Positions 1 through 13,123 of a stretch of 64,000 bases of DNA are shown here, in pieces. Position numbers and translations under genes: made by a program. This DNA comes from Eledone cirrhosa (lineage: Eukaryota): contig OZ024747.1 in assembly GCA_964016885.1 (NCBI GenBank), forward strand, positions 92,070,001 through 92,134,000, written 5' to 3'. The notes beneath the pieces were generated by a model. That model worked only from the letters and a program-made list of their open reading frames with translations, was not told where the DNA came from and ran no database searches. How positions within the stretch are numbered: the first letter of the stretch is position 1; each line of letters starts with the position of its first letter.

Positions 1-1153
1 TCTAATTACACTGATCGCGCTAAATACACTGTACCCGCTAAATACACTGATCCCGCTAAATACACTGATCCCGCTAAATACACTGTACCTCTAATTACAC
101 TGATCGCGCTAAATACACTGTACCTCTAATTACACTGATCCCGCTAAATACACTGATCCCGCTAAATACACTGTACCTCTAATTACACTAATCCCGCTAA
201 ATACACTGTACCTCTAATTACACTGATCCCGCTAAATACACTGTACCCGCTAAATACACTGATCCCGCTAAATACACTGATCCCGCTAAATACACTGTAC
301 CTCTAATTACACTGATCCCGCTAAATACACTGTACCTCTAATTACACTGATCCCGCTAAATACACTGATCCCGCTAAATACACTGTACCTCTAATTACAC
401 TGATCCCGCTAAATACACTGTACCTCTAATTACACTGATCCCGCTAAATACACTGATCCCGCTAAATACACTGATCCCGCTAAATACACTGTACCTCTAA
501 TTACACTAATCCCGCTAAATACACTGTACCTCTAATTACACTGATCCCGCTAAATACACTGTACCCGCTAAATACACTGATCCCGCTAAATACACTGATC
601 CCGCTAAATACACTGTACCTCTAATTACACTGATCCCGCTAAATACACTGTACCTCTAATTACACTGATCCCGCTAAATACACTGATCCCGCTAAATACA
701 CTGTACCTCTAATTACACTGATCCCGCTAAATACACTGTACCTCTAATTACACTGATCCCGCTAAATACACTGATCCCGCTAAATACACTGATCCCGCTA
801 AATACACTGATCCCGCTAAATACACTGTACCTCTAATTACACTAATCCCGCTAAATACACTGTACCTCTAATTACACTGATCCCGCTAAATACACTGTAC
901 CCGCTAAATACACTGATCCCGCTAAATACACTGATCCCGCTAAATACACTGTACCTCTAATTACACTGATCCCGCTAAATACACTGTACCTCTAATTACA
1001 CTGATCCCGCTAAATACATGATCCCGCTAAATACACTGTACCTCTAATTACACTGATCCCGCTAAATACACTGTACCTCTAATTACACTAATCCCGCTAA
1101 ATACACTGTACCTCTAATTACACTGATCCCGCTAAATACACTGATCCCGCTAA
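1..1153. repeat. Tandem satellite of 17-18 bp monomers with higher-order organisation (runs off the left edge)
   Basis: Monomers TACACTGATCCCGCTAAA (18), TACACTGTACCTCTAAT (17), TACACTGTACCCGCTAAA and TACACTAATCCCGCTAAA are read directly from the sequence. Confidence 0.97.
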
Positions 1154-1394
1154 ACAATATATACGGATCTTTAAAAAGCAGGAAAATGTGATATTACTTA
1201 ACATTCTGATATTTATAATATATTATATGCAGTCACTCTTGTAAGGTAAAACGATGCCTCCTGTAAAGGCAAAATGATTAATAATGATTTCTACTATAGA
1301 CTGAAAGCCAGCAATTTTGGAGGAGGGGAAAGTCATTTAAATCGGCCCCAGTACATGACTGGTACTTTATTTTATCGACCACAAAATAATTAAT

Positions 1395-1722
1395 AATGGC
1401 ATTTATAATCTAGAAATGAATTTACAGAAATAGTATAACATGTCAAGACTTCCATCACTTTCCAAGTCTACAAGCATTTGGGAAACCATATACTGATAAA
1501 CTATGTTTAATAGATACTGATCAAAAATCTTATCTTCAACTTCTAGCATCAAGGGAAGACTCAGAAACAAGATTTAAAGATCTTGAAGAACTAAAAATAT
1601 CCAAGTGATCTGCAAATTCATTTCAGATCAATGCAAACAACATTATTCCAGATTTGTCTGAAGAATTAAATGACTTTGAAGCTCGAATACTATTTCGACG
1701 AGATGGTTATGAAGAACTATAA
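1395..1722 (+). pseudogene. Degenerate hAT (Buster/SPIN-like) transposase C-terminal fragment
   Basis: Broken reading gives DFHHFPSLQ...ETRFKDLEELKI...PDLSEELND...FRRDGYEE, resembling Buster/ZBED8-type C-termini. Recognised by eye only. Confidence 0.5.
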
Positions 1723-1804
1723 TTTAAGAAGCTAAATCGCCAGCTTCTGCATTCACTAATATGAAAGGCGGTAGGCGTAAAAGTCAAATTCACTAACTTC
1801 AATT

Positions 1805-2168
1805 CAGCTTTCGTGCCAACCCTTACATATGGTCATGAATCTTGCGTAATGACCGAAAGAATACGATCGCGAATACAAGCCGCCGTTATGGGATTCCTCC
1901 GAAGGGTCTTTGAAGTAGAGTTACTCGATAGAATGCGTAGCTCGGAAATCAGTGAGTCCCTCCAGGTAGAGCTGCTACTTCTCTGAATTGAGAGATCACA
2001 GCTCCGATACTATGGTCATGTGGTTAGAATGTCTCTGGAAAAATCGCTTGACAGATTTTACGGGCAAAACTAACCGGTAGGAGACCAAAGGGTAGAGCCC
2101 GAGCAAGATGGTTGGATATCATCCATGAGCTTGGCTGGTCATGCTTGCAGATCCAGCCGGATCAATTG
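1805..2168 (+). mobile_element. RTE-clade LINE 3' fragment (Expander/Rex3-like)
   Basis: PTLTYGHESCVMTERIRSRIQAAVMGFLRRV, QLRYYGHVVRM and GRRPKGRARARWLD are typical of the RTE C-terminus; frameshifted. Confidence 0.85.
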
Positions 2169-2642
2169 GAGAACTGGGTTCTCGAGGTGGTCATTAAGCT
2201 CTGCAGTAATTTTGGGAGCTGTACTTTTGTGATCCTTTCTAACAATTCGCGTAAGAGTCCGACGGTCCCTATCTGAAAGTTTTAGTTTTCTTCCGGAGTT
2301 TTGTTTCGACGAGGAGGTTTTTCCCTCTTTCTCAAAGGCTGTCATTACTTTCGAGACAGTACATCTTGATACACCAAACATTTCGGCTGTTTTCGTTACC
2401 CTAGCGCCTGCCATACTAGCACCAACAATTTGACCTCTTTGAAAGTCCAATAGATCTGTCATTTTAATGAATTTTAATTACCTTTTTCTGATGATATCTG
2501 AAAAGAAACAGCAATTTTAACAAAACATATTAAGCAACACTAATAATAAATTTAAAAAAAACATAAAATTAAACAAGCTTTTGACTGTTTTATAGATATT
2601 TCAAAATTATGATGCTAGGTGTTTCCATTATTTTGTCCAACC

Positions 2643-2646
<4 letters not shown>
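2169..2646 (-). mobile_element. Tc1-like DNA transposon left half: terminal inverted repeat plus N-terminal paired-like HTH of the transposase (ORF 2462..2139, truncated)
   Basis: Translation MTDLLDFQRGQIVG...GRKLKLSDRDRRTLTRIVRK. Minus-strand end reads TA|CAGAGGTTGGACAAAATAATGGAAACACC, a CAG-type TIR next to TA. No DDE domain. Confidence 0.88.
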
Positions 2647-2716
<70 letters not shown>

Positions 2717-2747
2717 AAATACACACGTATATATATATTTATATATA

Positions 2748-2805
2748 TGCGGTGCCCCAGAATGGCCTCAGCCGAATGGCTGGAACAGGTAAAAGAGTAA
2801 AAGTA
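2748..2805 (+). mobile_element. SINE 3' tail fragment
   Basis: GCGGTGCCCCAG...GGCTGGAACAGGTAAAAGAGTAAAAG between TA tracts; resembles from memory the tail of a common octopus SINE. Confidence 0.45.
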
Positions 2806-3301
2806 TACGTGCGTAGTTTGTACATATATATATATCAATTATGCATATGCAATTGCTATTTGTCAACTGGCCACTGAAGATGCAAAATCACAATACCCGC
2901 CTGGGGCATACCGCAGTATAACAAAAATTACATAACAGCTGCGTGATGAGGACTTATCTATTGCATAATATATACCATCAACAATATCTGATCAATGACG
3001 TAATTCATAAAATAATGCAAGATTCAAACATACTTCCTTAGTCTTTATTAATATACTAAACCTACGTCGTACATAAACCTGCGTGTACATGTTTTAGTAA
3101 TACGTACAACTAATAAATAATAACGGATTGACAAACACCAACGGAATATATATATATATATATATATGTAGATAAATCTACCAAGAGTTTACGGTAGTGT
3201 CCAATCCGTATGAAGAACTCAATGTAATCCGGATATCATGGAAAGAAGAGATGCAATGAAATATCACTTTCGGTGAAAGATAAACGGAATACAGAGTCAA
3301 G

Positions 3302-3720
3302 ATAAAATATTAAAAAAATAATGAATAAAACAATGAAACAGTTCCTTATATTAAACAAAAAAAGTTCATTATTTAACGATCGTTTCTAGGATATATATGT
3401 GTTAGAATTGGCATGCATATTCAACAGATCTATGTACAAAATTATACAAAATTATACAAACTATCAAGATTAAATATACATACCAACACATATATATGCC
3501 GTCTTCAGAAATATTTCTGAAGACGGCATATATATGTGTTGGTATGTATATTTAATCTTGATAGTTTGTATAATTTTGTATAATTTTGTACATAGATCTG
3601 TTGAATATGCATGCCAATTCTAACACATATATATCCTAGAAACGATCGTTAAATAATGAACTTTTTTTGTTTAATATAAGGAACTGTTTCATTGTTTTAT
3701 TCATTATTTTTTTAATATTT

Positions 3721-3723
<3 letters not shown>
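3302..3723. repeat. Perfect fold-back palindrome (about 211-bp arms, no loop) of a hammerhead-bearing element
   Basis: Centre CTTCAGAAAT|ATTTCTGAAG at 3512/3513; arms match to 3302/3723. A single-arm homologue lies at about 8030-8215. Confidence 0.95.
3512..3655 (+). ncRNA. Type I hammerhead ribozyme with very long stem II (mirror copy on the minus strand)
   Basis: TATTT-CTGAAGA-[about 115-nt hairpin]-GAAA-CGATCG-TT-AAATA. Stem I is TATTT/AAATA and stem III is the palindrome ACGATCGT. Confidence 0.65.
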
Positions 3724-3774
<51 letters not shown>

Positions 3775-3896
3775 TATGTGTGTGTGCGTATATATATATG
3801 AGTGTGTGTGATTGTGCGTATAAATATATGAGTGCGTATATATATATATATGTGTGTGTGTATGTGTGCGTATATATATATGTGTGTGACTGTGTA

Positions 3897-3929
<33 letters not shown>

Positions 3930-3931
<2 letters not shown>

Positions 3932-4152
3932 CCGTAGTTTTTACTAAAGAAATTTTAGCTTGATAGTGGAGTTTAAAACACTCTAAAAAATGGAAAAACA
4001 TTAGTAAGTCAATACTCATCATCCTTTTCCACCTTTTAGAAGGATTTAAACCCCACTTTCAGGCTAAATTTTCTTTAGTCAAAAATACGGCGAAAGCTTC
4101 TATTTCTGCTAAATTGCAAACTCCGCTCGCTGTTTTAAAACAAAGTTACTTG
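3930..4152 (+). mobile_element. Imperfect 160-bp hairpin element ending ...TACGGC-GAAAGCTTC; partial second copy at about 5856-6000
   Basis: CGCCGTAGTTTTTACTAAAGAAATTTTAGC... pairs with ...GCTAAATTTTCTTTAGTCAAAAATACGGCG; flanked by (TA)n. Confidence 0.7.
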
Positions 4153-4284
4153 TTATATATATATATAAGTATTAAGTTGTTAAACAATATTCGATGATTA
4201 TGTCAAAGAATGAGTTTTACAGTAGATTGGAAGCATTCAACTGAAAATAATTTCCAGGAGTTATTAATATTAATATAAGTATTA

Positions 4285-4517
4285 ATAAAATAGATGTTCT
4301 TTTGATCAATTACATTTTATTGTACATATTTCGGATGTACAACAGTACGTCCTCATCAGACAAAATATAATGATACATGACATACTCTGAGATGTTAAAT
4401 GGTTAACCATTTAACATCTCAGGGTCTGTCATGTATCATTATATTTTGTTCTGATGAGGACGTACTGTTGTACATCCGAAATATGTACAATAAAATGTAA
4501 TTGATCAAAAGAACATC

Positions 4518-4525
<8 letters not shown>
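4285..4525. repeat. Fold-back palindrome (about 120-bp arms) carrying a hammerhead motif in each arm
   Basis: Centre AAATGGTT|AACCATTT at 4404/4405. At 4451-4492: CTGATGA-GGACGTAC-TGTT-GTACATCC-GAAA-TATGTA-CAATAAA. Confidence 0.92.
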
Positions 4526-4566
<41 letters not shown>

Positions 4567-5199
4567 CACACACAAAGAGAGGAAGAGAAAGATGGATATA
4601 TAGATAGATAGTTGCAGACAAGCAGACATATACATATATTTATTGTGCGTGCGTGTGTATGTGTGCGGGTATGTCTGCGCGCGCGTGCATGCGTGCACAT
4701 AGTCTAAAATTGTATTTCATCTGTTTTTTTCTGGACAAAAAGAATGGAATACATGAATAATTATTGGTACATTTCCATAGAATACGGACAAATTGGTTAA
4801 GGAATCCAAGTTCATTTGTCTAATTTAAATAATATGTTAATGACTTGTTTTTCAAGTGAAATCTGAAAAGGGTTCGTTTCATGTTTTGCAGTTGTATTCT
4901 TTTGAATAAATATTCGGCTACTTTTTTATATGTTTATTAATATTTTTCGTTATAGCTGAAGAAAATTTAGGTTTGATGATTCTTGCAGGTATAATATCAA
5001 TTCTGTATAAGGGAAGTTTTCGTTTATTTGATCGTTAATTTGAGAACATGTACAACCAAGTTCTCGGTGGAATATTTTAATACCGCTTTCGAAATCTATG
5101 GCAGTTGATACAGTGCCGTGAAGATAATAACTTAATACTATACCAAAACCACTGGTTGATTGGCCGTGTAAAAATCAAACGGTAAAAAAAATCAAGCAG

Positions 5200-5320
5200 T
5201 CGCGTGGCTTAGTGGTAAGGGTGTTGGAATTACTGTCATCATGTCGTTGGTTCGATTCCTGGGCTGAGTTGTGTGTTGTGTTCTTGAGCAAAACTCTTCA
5301 TTTCATGTTACTCTAGTACA
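5200..5320 (+). mobile_element. tRNA-derived SINE family B (other copies, all minus strand: about 6250-6478, 10965-11050, 12380-12490, 16232-16288)
   Basis: A box TGGCTTAGTGG and B box GGTTCGATTCC, followed by GTGTTCTTGAGCAAAAC; similar heads recur in the window. Confidence 0.8.
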
Positions 5321-6552
5321 CAGAGCTGAAAATACATACCAGTATATAGTAGGTAGTTAAACTCTGCGATGGACTGGCTCCTCTCCAGCGCAGGGGCCGG
5401 AGTGTGTCTTGTATTCTGAGTTGCTCCAGGCCACGGAAACCGGAATAAGTATCGGCCTAATGATCCTCCAGGCTGGAGACAGATTTTAACATTTAACAAT
5501 CAAGTTCCCGGCCTAATATTATAATACCGGTTTAGAAATAGTTACTCTGTGTCCCTCGACAATTTGCTGTGAATATCACAACTTGAATCTATACCAAAAC
5601 CATTGGTTGAGTGACCCTCTAAAGTTCAAACATTATAAAATAACAAACAAGAAGAATAATACAATATGTCTGAAGAAATACTGGTTAATAAAAGCTGGAA
5701 TACATTTGATCATACATCTATTTGATTAGGTGTGATCTACGACTAAACAACAACAGCAATAACAAAAGTAACAACAACTACATAAATAACCCCCCTCCCC
5801 CCAATATATATATATATTTGGTCCGGCAAACCAAAGACGTAGGTTCGTGTCCCATGTACGTCAATACTCATCCTTTTTTCCATTCAGAGGGTTTTTTTTA
5901 AATCCCAACTAACAGACTAATTCTATTTCGTCAAATACGGCGAAAACAGATGTTACTACCTAATTTTCAAATTCGCAAGCAGTTACTAAACAAAGACTAG
6001 CATGAACCTATTAGAGTTGTTTTCATTATTTCCTACGAATGAAACGGTTCTAGTCCTGTAAAAGTCATGTCTATATAAAATAAAAATGCCTATACTATAC
6101 TAACGTATTGAGTACTTTTTCAACTGTCACCTCCCGATACCCAGGGGAAATTCACCGGTATTGGCGCTCCATCGGTTATTACGACGTGTATTCCAGCTGA
6201 TACAATCAACGGAACAGCCTGTTCGTGAAATTAACCTACAAGTGGCCGATCATTCCACAGGCACGTGTACCTTTAATGTAGTTCTCAGAGATTCAGTGTG
6301 ACACATATTGTGACAAGGCTGGCCCTTCGAATTATAGGAACAACTCATTTTTGCCAACTGAATTGCCTGGAGCCACGGGAAATGAAGTGTCTTGCTCACA
6401 GACACGACATGCCATCGGGGAATCGAAATCATAACCATACTATCATGAGCTGAATACGCTAATTACTAAGCCACGCTACTTCATATATATATATATGTAT
6501 ATATATACACGCACACGCACACACATGCACACACACACACACACATAAATAT

Positions 6553-6895
6553 GGTACGTTGTACCGCATAAATATGGTTTGGTTTTATATTTTTTAACAA
6601 AAAGTAAACATTATAAATAGGATTAAACGAGCGAGTTTAATCAAAAATTGCACCATCGTGTTTAATTGTCTTATGACAACGTGATGTTAAATTAGATATT
6701 CCTGTTTAAAAAGCTCTTCTTTTAAGTCTATAAACTGCTTAAATACATCCACTGTGGCTTCTTGATTAGCGAGTCTTTTCTTGAGTATAAACACTTGCAG
6801 GAGATTGAAAATTTGGTAGTCTACGGCTTGGTAGTCAGATGATTGAAGTGGAAGAAGAAAATTTGCATTACACACCTCTGGCCATCTACAATGAA
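6553..6895 (-). pseudogene. Degenerate mariner transposase C-terminal fragment
   Basis: LLPLQSSDYQAVDYQIFNLLQVF...FKQFI...GISNLTSRCHKTIKHDGA resembles the mariner YSPDLAPSDYHLF...GI..L..RWQK region. Confidence 0.6.
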
Positions 6896-6916
6896 ACTCA
6901 TTTACATATATCAATA

Positions 6917-7580
6917 TAATGGTTTCTTATATAGGCACAAGGCCAGCAACCTTGGGGGAGAGGAAAGTCGATTAAATCGACCCCAGGTACTTTATTTTAT
7001 CGACCCCATAAGGATGAACGGCAAAGCTAAATCAGATCGTAAAGAGCCGTAACTCTATGCTGTAAAGCATGTTGTCCGACGCTCAACCGATACTACTAAT
7101 CCACCGTCTAATGTTTCTACTTTTGACACAAAGCCATCAAATACCCAGTACATTACTGGTACTTTATTTTATCGACCCGTAAGGATGCAAGGCAAAAAAT
7201 AATAATGGTTCTTATATAAGCACAAGGCCAGCAATTTGGGGGAAGGGGAAAGGCGATTAAATCGACCCTGGTGCGTGACTGGTACTTTATTTTATCGACC
7301 CCCGTAAGGATGAAAGGCAAAATTAAACTCGGCGGGATTTGAACTCAGATCATAAAGGGCCGTAACTCTATGCTGCAAAGCATGGCGTCCGACCCTCTAC
7401 CGATACTGCCTATAGAGGTACGAAACCAGAAATTTGCGGAGAGTGTAGAAATAGATCATATCGGCCCCAGTAATTGATTGTTTCAATTGAGCCCGGTGGA
7501 ATTTGAACTCATAACATTCATAACGCAAGGGACCCTAATTAAATGCTGCAAAGTAGTATTTTGTCCGTCGATCTAAAGAT
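6917..7580 (-). mobile_element. Cluster of about four tRNA-derived SINE family A copies or fragments (Deu/Nin-like central domain)
   Basis: Repeated GTACTTTATTTTATCGACCCCGTAAGGATGAAAGGCAA and GGATTTGAACTCAG (reverse-complement B box). Confidence 0.9.
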
Positions 7581-7699
7581 ATTTTCAAAATAAAATAAAT
7601 ATTAATTATATAATAAATACTTATTCTACTCTGGGCATAGAAATTGCCTATGAAATGTAATTTACAAATACATATATATATATATATATATATATATGT

Positions 7700-7777
<78 letters not shown>

Positions 7778-7792
7778 GTATAGAAATTGCTG

Positions 7793-7932
7793 CTACAGGA
7801 ATAAGAACTGTTTCATTCGTAGGAAATCATTAGGGATTTCGAATGAAACAGATCTAGTCCTGTAGAAGACATTTCTACATTAAAAATGTCACTCTGCTAT
7901 GTATTGAGTACTTATTGTGGTTACCCGGGATA
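7793..7932 (+). mobile_element. Hammerhead family H1 fragment with short inverted arm (7793-7865)
   Basis: CTACAGGA..GAACTGTTTCATTCG pairs with CGAATGAAACAG..TCCTGTAG, followed by the family tail GTATTGAGTAC...GTGGTTACCCGGGA. Confidence 0.75.
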
Positions 7933-7960
7933 CACACACATACACACACACACACACACA

Positions 7961-8027
<67 letters not shown>

Positions 8028-8029
8028 TA

Positions 8030-8215
8030 ATAAAAACAATAAATAAAAACAAAGAAACAGTTTCTTATATTAAAAAATTCATCATTTTACGATCGTTTCT
8101 AGGATATATATGTGTGTGTTGGTATGTATATCATATAGATCTATGTAAACATTTTACAAACTATCAAAAGAAATATACATACCTACACATATATATGCTG
8201 TCTTCAGAAATAATG
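8030..8215 (-). ncRNA. Second copy of the long-stem-II hammerhead element
   Basis: Reverse complement reads ATTT-CTGAAGA-[long hairpin]-GAAA-CGATCG-TA-AAAT; homologous to the arm at 3302-3512. Confidence 0.7.
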
Positions 8216-8694
8216 ATATTTGTTTATTGAAAAAAACCAACAAAGATTTAATATAATAGGTCTGTTTGGGAACAGGTTTTAAATTGACCAATAGAAAAGT
8301 AGTAAGTGGTCAAGCTGATAGAATAGTAGTAGTAGTAGAGATTTAATTTAGGGGTAGAGGAATGCAGACTTAAGTTTTGAATGGAAAGAATACTTTGTAT
8401 GAAAAGATTACTTTGGGGATGAAAAGAGGTCAAGCTGGTGAAAGGTACACGAAAATTTGGTGTTATCAAAGAATAATGCTAATGTTAAAATCGAAGGAGA
8501 TTAAAATTTTAGGGTAAATGTGTTAGTGAAAAATACCAATCTTATTTAAAACAAGGAATTTAGATCTATAACAAGAAATTAAATTAATTTAATTGATAGG
8601 TATACTTATAGGGATAAATTTAGATTTATTCATATAGATGTGATAAATAAGAGTTAGATGTTATTAAAGAATGTTGTTAAAAACGAAGGAAAAA

Positions 8695-9100
<406 letters not shown>

Positions 9101-9203
9101 TAAAATAACAGATTAAAGTTTAAGTAATATAATATATATATATATATATAAGTTTAAGTAATATAATATAATATATATATATATAATATATATAATATAT
9201 ATA

Positions 9204-9278
<75 letters not shown>

Positions 9279-9344
9279 TATAATATATAAAATGACAGTC
9301 GATTGACTTTCGTCAAATCGGACCGAGGAAACAATATTTCCATT

Positions 9345-9575
<231 letters not shown>

Positions 9576-10407
9576 CCACAATTTATATATATATATACAC
9601 CCACAATTTATATGCCCTTTGGCAGCCATCTTCTTACCCATAGGCAGATCTCACACAATGCAGCCTCGACAGATGAATACTGCTTGATTATGGCTGACAA
9701 CTGATGCAACCAAGTCACCATAGTAAAAACCAATATATGGAACATTATCCCATTATTTTAATTCATATTCCTTTGAAGTTCCGATAAGCCACTCTGTTTT
9801 TTAAATATGTTAATTATTTTCAACCTGAACCAGATCAATTATGATATATATTCATCTGATCCAGAAATATTATATAGAGTAACGAAACAATTGTAAACGG
9901 ACATTATTATTATTAATATTATTATTATTCTCTACATTCCTTACATCAAATTAAAATATGTTGACAATCTTTTAATAATGTCTTCCTTGTGAAATTTGTG
10001 GTCTTGTTTTGCTTAACTAATGAGTATATATCTATATATATTATATATATTATATATATATTATATATGTATATATTATATATATATATGTATATATATA
10101 TATATAATATATAATATATATATATATAATATACATTATATATATGTATAACACTCATATCTCTCCTTATCTGAACTTTCCAGTTGAAGGACTTCTATCC
10201 GAATTAGTGAACCCTCCTCCACTTCCTCCAAGAGTGAACGTATATATCCGCCAGGTGGTGCTATTAAGTTAGACATGGGCTATGCCAATACTGGCCGAAA
10301 ATTATCGTCGGGGTCCTGAATCTTTTCATATTACCCACTCTACTACCCCAAGTATCAAGTACTCTGGTGGGTTACGGTCTACCTGGTATCTTACAACACC
10401 TTCTCTG

Positions 10408-10448
<41 letters not shown>

Positions 10449-10759
10449 TAAAAATAGTAGTCTGCTGATTATCGTTGGTATTTCTTCGTGTTAAAGGCTA
10501 GATACCTAAAATCAGTGCGAGCGATAACTAAATTTAGTTATCGGGACAGAGGAAAACAGAGGGAAGGAAACAAACAGCATGGTAGTGATGCAACGTAAAG
10601 AGAGGAAAAAGAGACAAGTGAATGAATCTTGTGGGCTTAAGTTCGACAAAAAAAATATATATATATAAAAACTTTGCTTTTCATCCTTACGGCGTCGATA
10701 AAATAAAGTATCAGTAATGCACTGGGTAATTGCTGGCCTTGTGCCAAAAGTAGAAACAG

Positions 10760-10802
<43 letters not shown>

Positions 10803-11115
10803 GAGAACATTCATTCATATATCATGTATCAAACCTTGTCATTTCTCGCCTATACTTTTACGTAAAAGAAAATGAATGGCATCCAATATTTTCATTGTAC
10901 TGCTGATACTATCTACCATTCGCGATTCCCTTCTGCGAGAGTACCGTTAAATATTGTATTTTACCCAGAAACACAACGCTGCACCATATCCAGGAATTGA
11001 ACCAACGAATTTATTATCATTTGTCCAACACACTTAGCACTTGGCCACACTAACCTCTTGGCCACACTAACCACTTGGCCACACTCCCTCACAGATCTCT
11101 AACCATTTATATCTC

Positions 11116-11149
<34 letters not shown>

Positions 11150-11607
11150 GCAAAGTTTTATTTAAATTGTTGGGTTACAACGAGTAAATATTTATAACTG
11201 ATATAAAAGCACTCAACAAGTATTTGGAGTATATTTACGATATTAAATAAATGGAAACTATATTTATAAAACCATATTTATTTCATTATATATATTTCAG
11301 GGATATCATATTAAAAATATGGTATGCCTTCATCAGACAAAATACAATATAAACAGTCTTATAAATAGATAGGTTTGACATACCTTACACTTCCATTTAA
11401 TCAACTTTTTAAATGGAAGTGTAAGGTATGTCAAATCAACTTTTTAAATGGAAGTGTAAGGTATGTCAACCTATCTATTTATAAGACTGTTTATATTGTA
11501 TTTTGTCTGATGAAGGCATACCATATTTTTAATATGATATCCCTGAAATATATATAATGAAATAAATATGGTTTTATAAATATAGTTTCCATTTATTTAA
11601 TATCGTA
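11150..11607. mobile_element. Asymmetric fold-back element: palindrome 11236-11607 plus a one-sided extension; hammerhead motif at about 11501-11560
   Basis: Arms are reverse-complementary. Motif CTGATGA-AGG...CCT-GAAA-TATATA. Central 35-bp tandem duplication. Homologous to 55129-55564. Confidence 0.9.
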
Positions 11608-11703
11608 TATGTATATATATATTTATATATGGATGGGTGGATGGATGCATGCCTGTATATATGCATGTAAGCATGTATGTGTGTACGTATGTACATATAC
11701 AAG

Positions 11704-11734
<31 letters not shown>

Positions 11735-11760
11735 GCTTTTCTGCCTTTCTCTCTGCCTTT

Positions 11761-11824
<64 letters not shown>

Positions 11825-13090
11825 GCCTCTCTCTCTCTCTCGCTCTGCCTCTTTCTCTCCACATACACACATATACACACATACACACATATATATTAGA
11901 ATGAGACAGACAGGCAGAACGTGTCGGGAGCAATGGAGAAGGAGATAGGGAGAAGTAGAGAGAGAGAGGGAGAGAGATAGAGAGAAGTATTATCTGGTGC
12001 ACCTTCTATATTTAAGCCATTTAAACCTCAAGTCTTCTTATGCACTTTATAGTTTGTCACGAGATATTTGAAGGTTTCTGCTGTTATATTCAATCAATAA
12101 TTTTCCTATAGGCCAAGTCTATTTGACTTCACTAACCTTGTGGACACTTTCCTACCCTAATAATGTGATGATTAAATTACAACATATCGATTAACAACCT
12201 ACCCAGTTAACTTTCCAGACAATATATTAGTCTCTATGCAATCTCTAGACATGCAACAAATACTAGATTTAAAAAAATAAAAAAAATGTTATTTGTCGAT
12301 CCACTTTCGTCAAATCGGACTGAGGAAACAATGTTTCCGTTGGTCTTTCCAATTGCTAATACACTATCTATCAGGTAGAAGGAGCAACATGAAATAAATT
12401 CTCTTGCTCGAAGACATAGTGCATCGCCCGGTCCAGGAATCGAACTCACAACCTCACGATTGCGAATCCAGTTCTCTAGCCAATCAGCCTTCACTGATTA
12501 ATATATCATTAATCACATTCTACTTTTTAAAATAAAGAAGGTTGTATAAGACCCCGAGATATATAACTCCCGATTTACAAATATCAGGATAATATGACTG
12601 GGGTATATTTAATTATGACTTACCAGCAATTAACAACAATGTTTTTTTTATTAGAATTATATTCGTTGTAAAAAAAAAAATGTATTATTCAAGGGAAATA
12701 ACTTGCTAACTTCGTCAATGATTTCCAATTTAATCAAAGGGAAACGACTCATCTATTACACTATAAAAACAAATATTTTTTTAAATTCCATTAAAAACAA
12801 GTTTAGAAATGGTATGCTGGGTGAAAAATGGAAAAATCAATCGAATTAATGTTCTCCTTAATCGATGTATATATGTATATATATATTTTAATCGTTTTTC
12901 TCCGATTTTCCGCTACACTTACTTTTCATTCAACAATTCATATATTAATTTCCCATAACAAATAAATACTTCGGCAACCTCTTTATATATATATATATAT
13001 ATAATGTGTGTGTGTATGTGTGCGTGTGTATATGTTTGTATATATATGTGTGTGTGTATATGTATATATGTATGTATGTATATATATATG

Positions 13091-13123
<33 letters not shown>

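Noticed and set aside
1-1153. CRISPR-like regular array
   Set aside because: There are no unique spacers, the context is eukaryotic and no cas genes are present; it is a tandem satellite.
2870-2980. CTGAAGATGCAA...TTGCAT hammerhead-like segment
   Set aside because: No GAAA and no convincing stems I or III.
5200-5275. tRNA gene
   Set aside because: A and B boxes are present but there is no cloverleaf, and the sequence continues into a SINE body repeated elsewhere.
5080-5632. Imperfect direct repeats (CTATACCAAAACCA.TGGTTGA) as LTRs
   Set aside because: Too short and diverged, with no TG..CA ends, primer-binding site or internal coding sequence.
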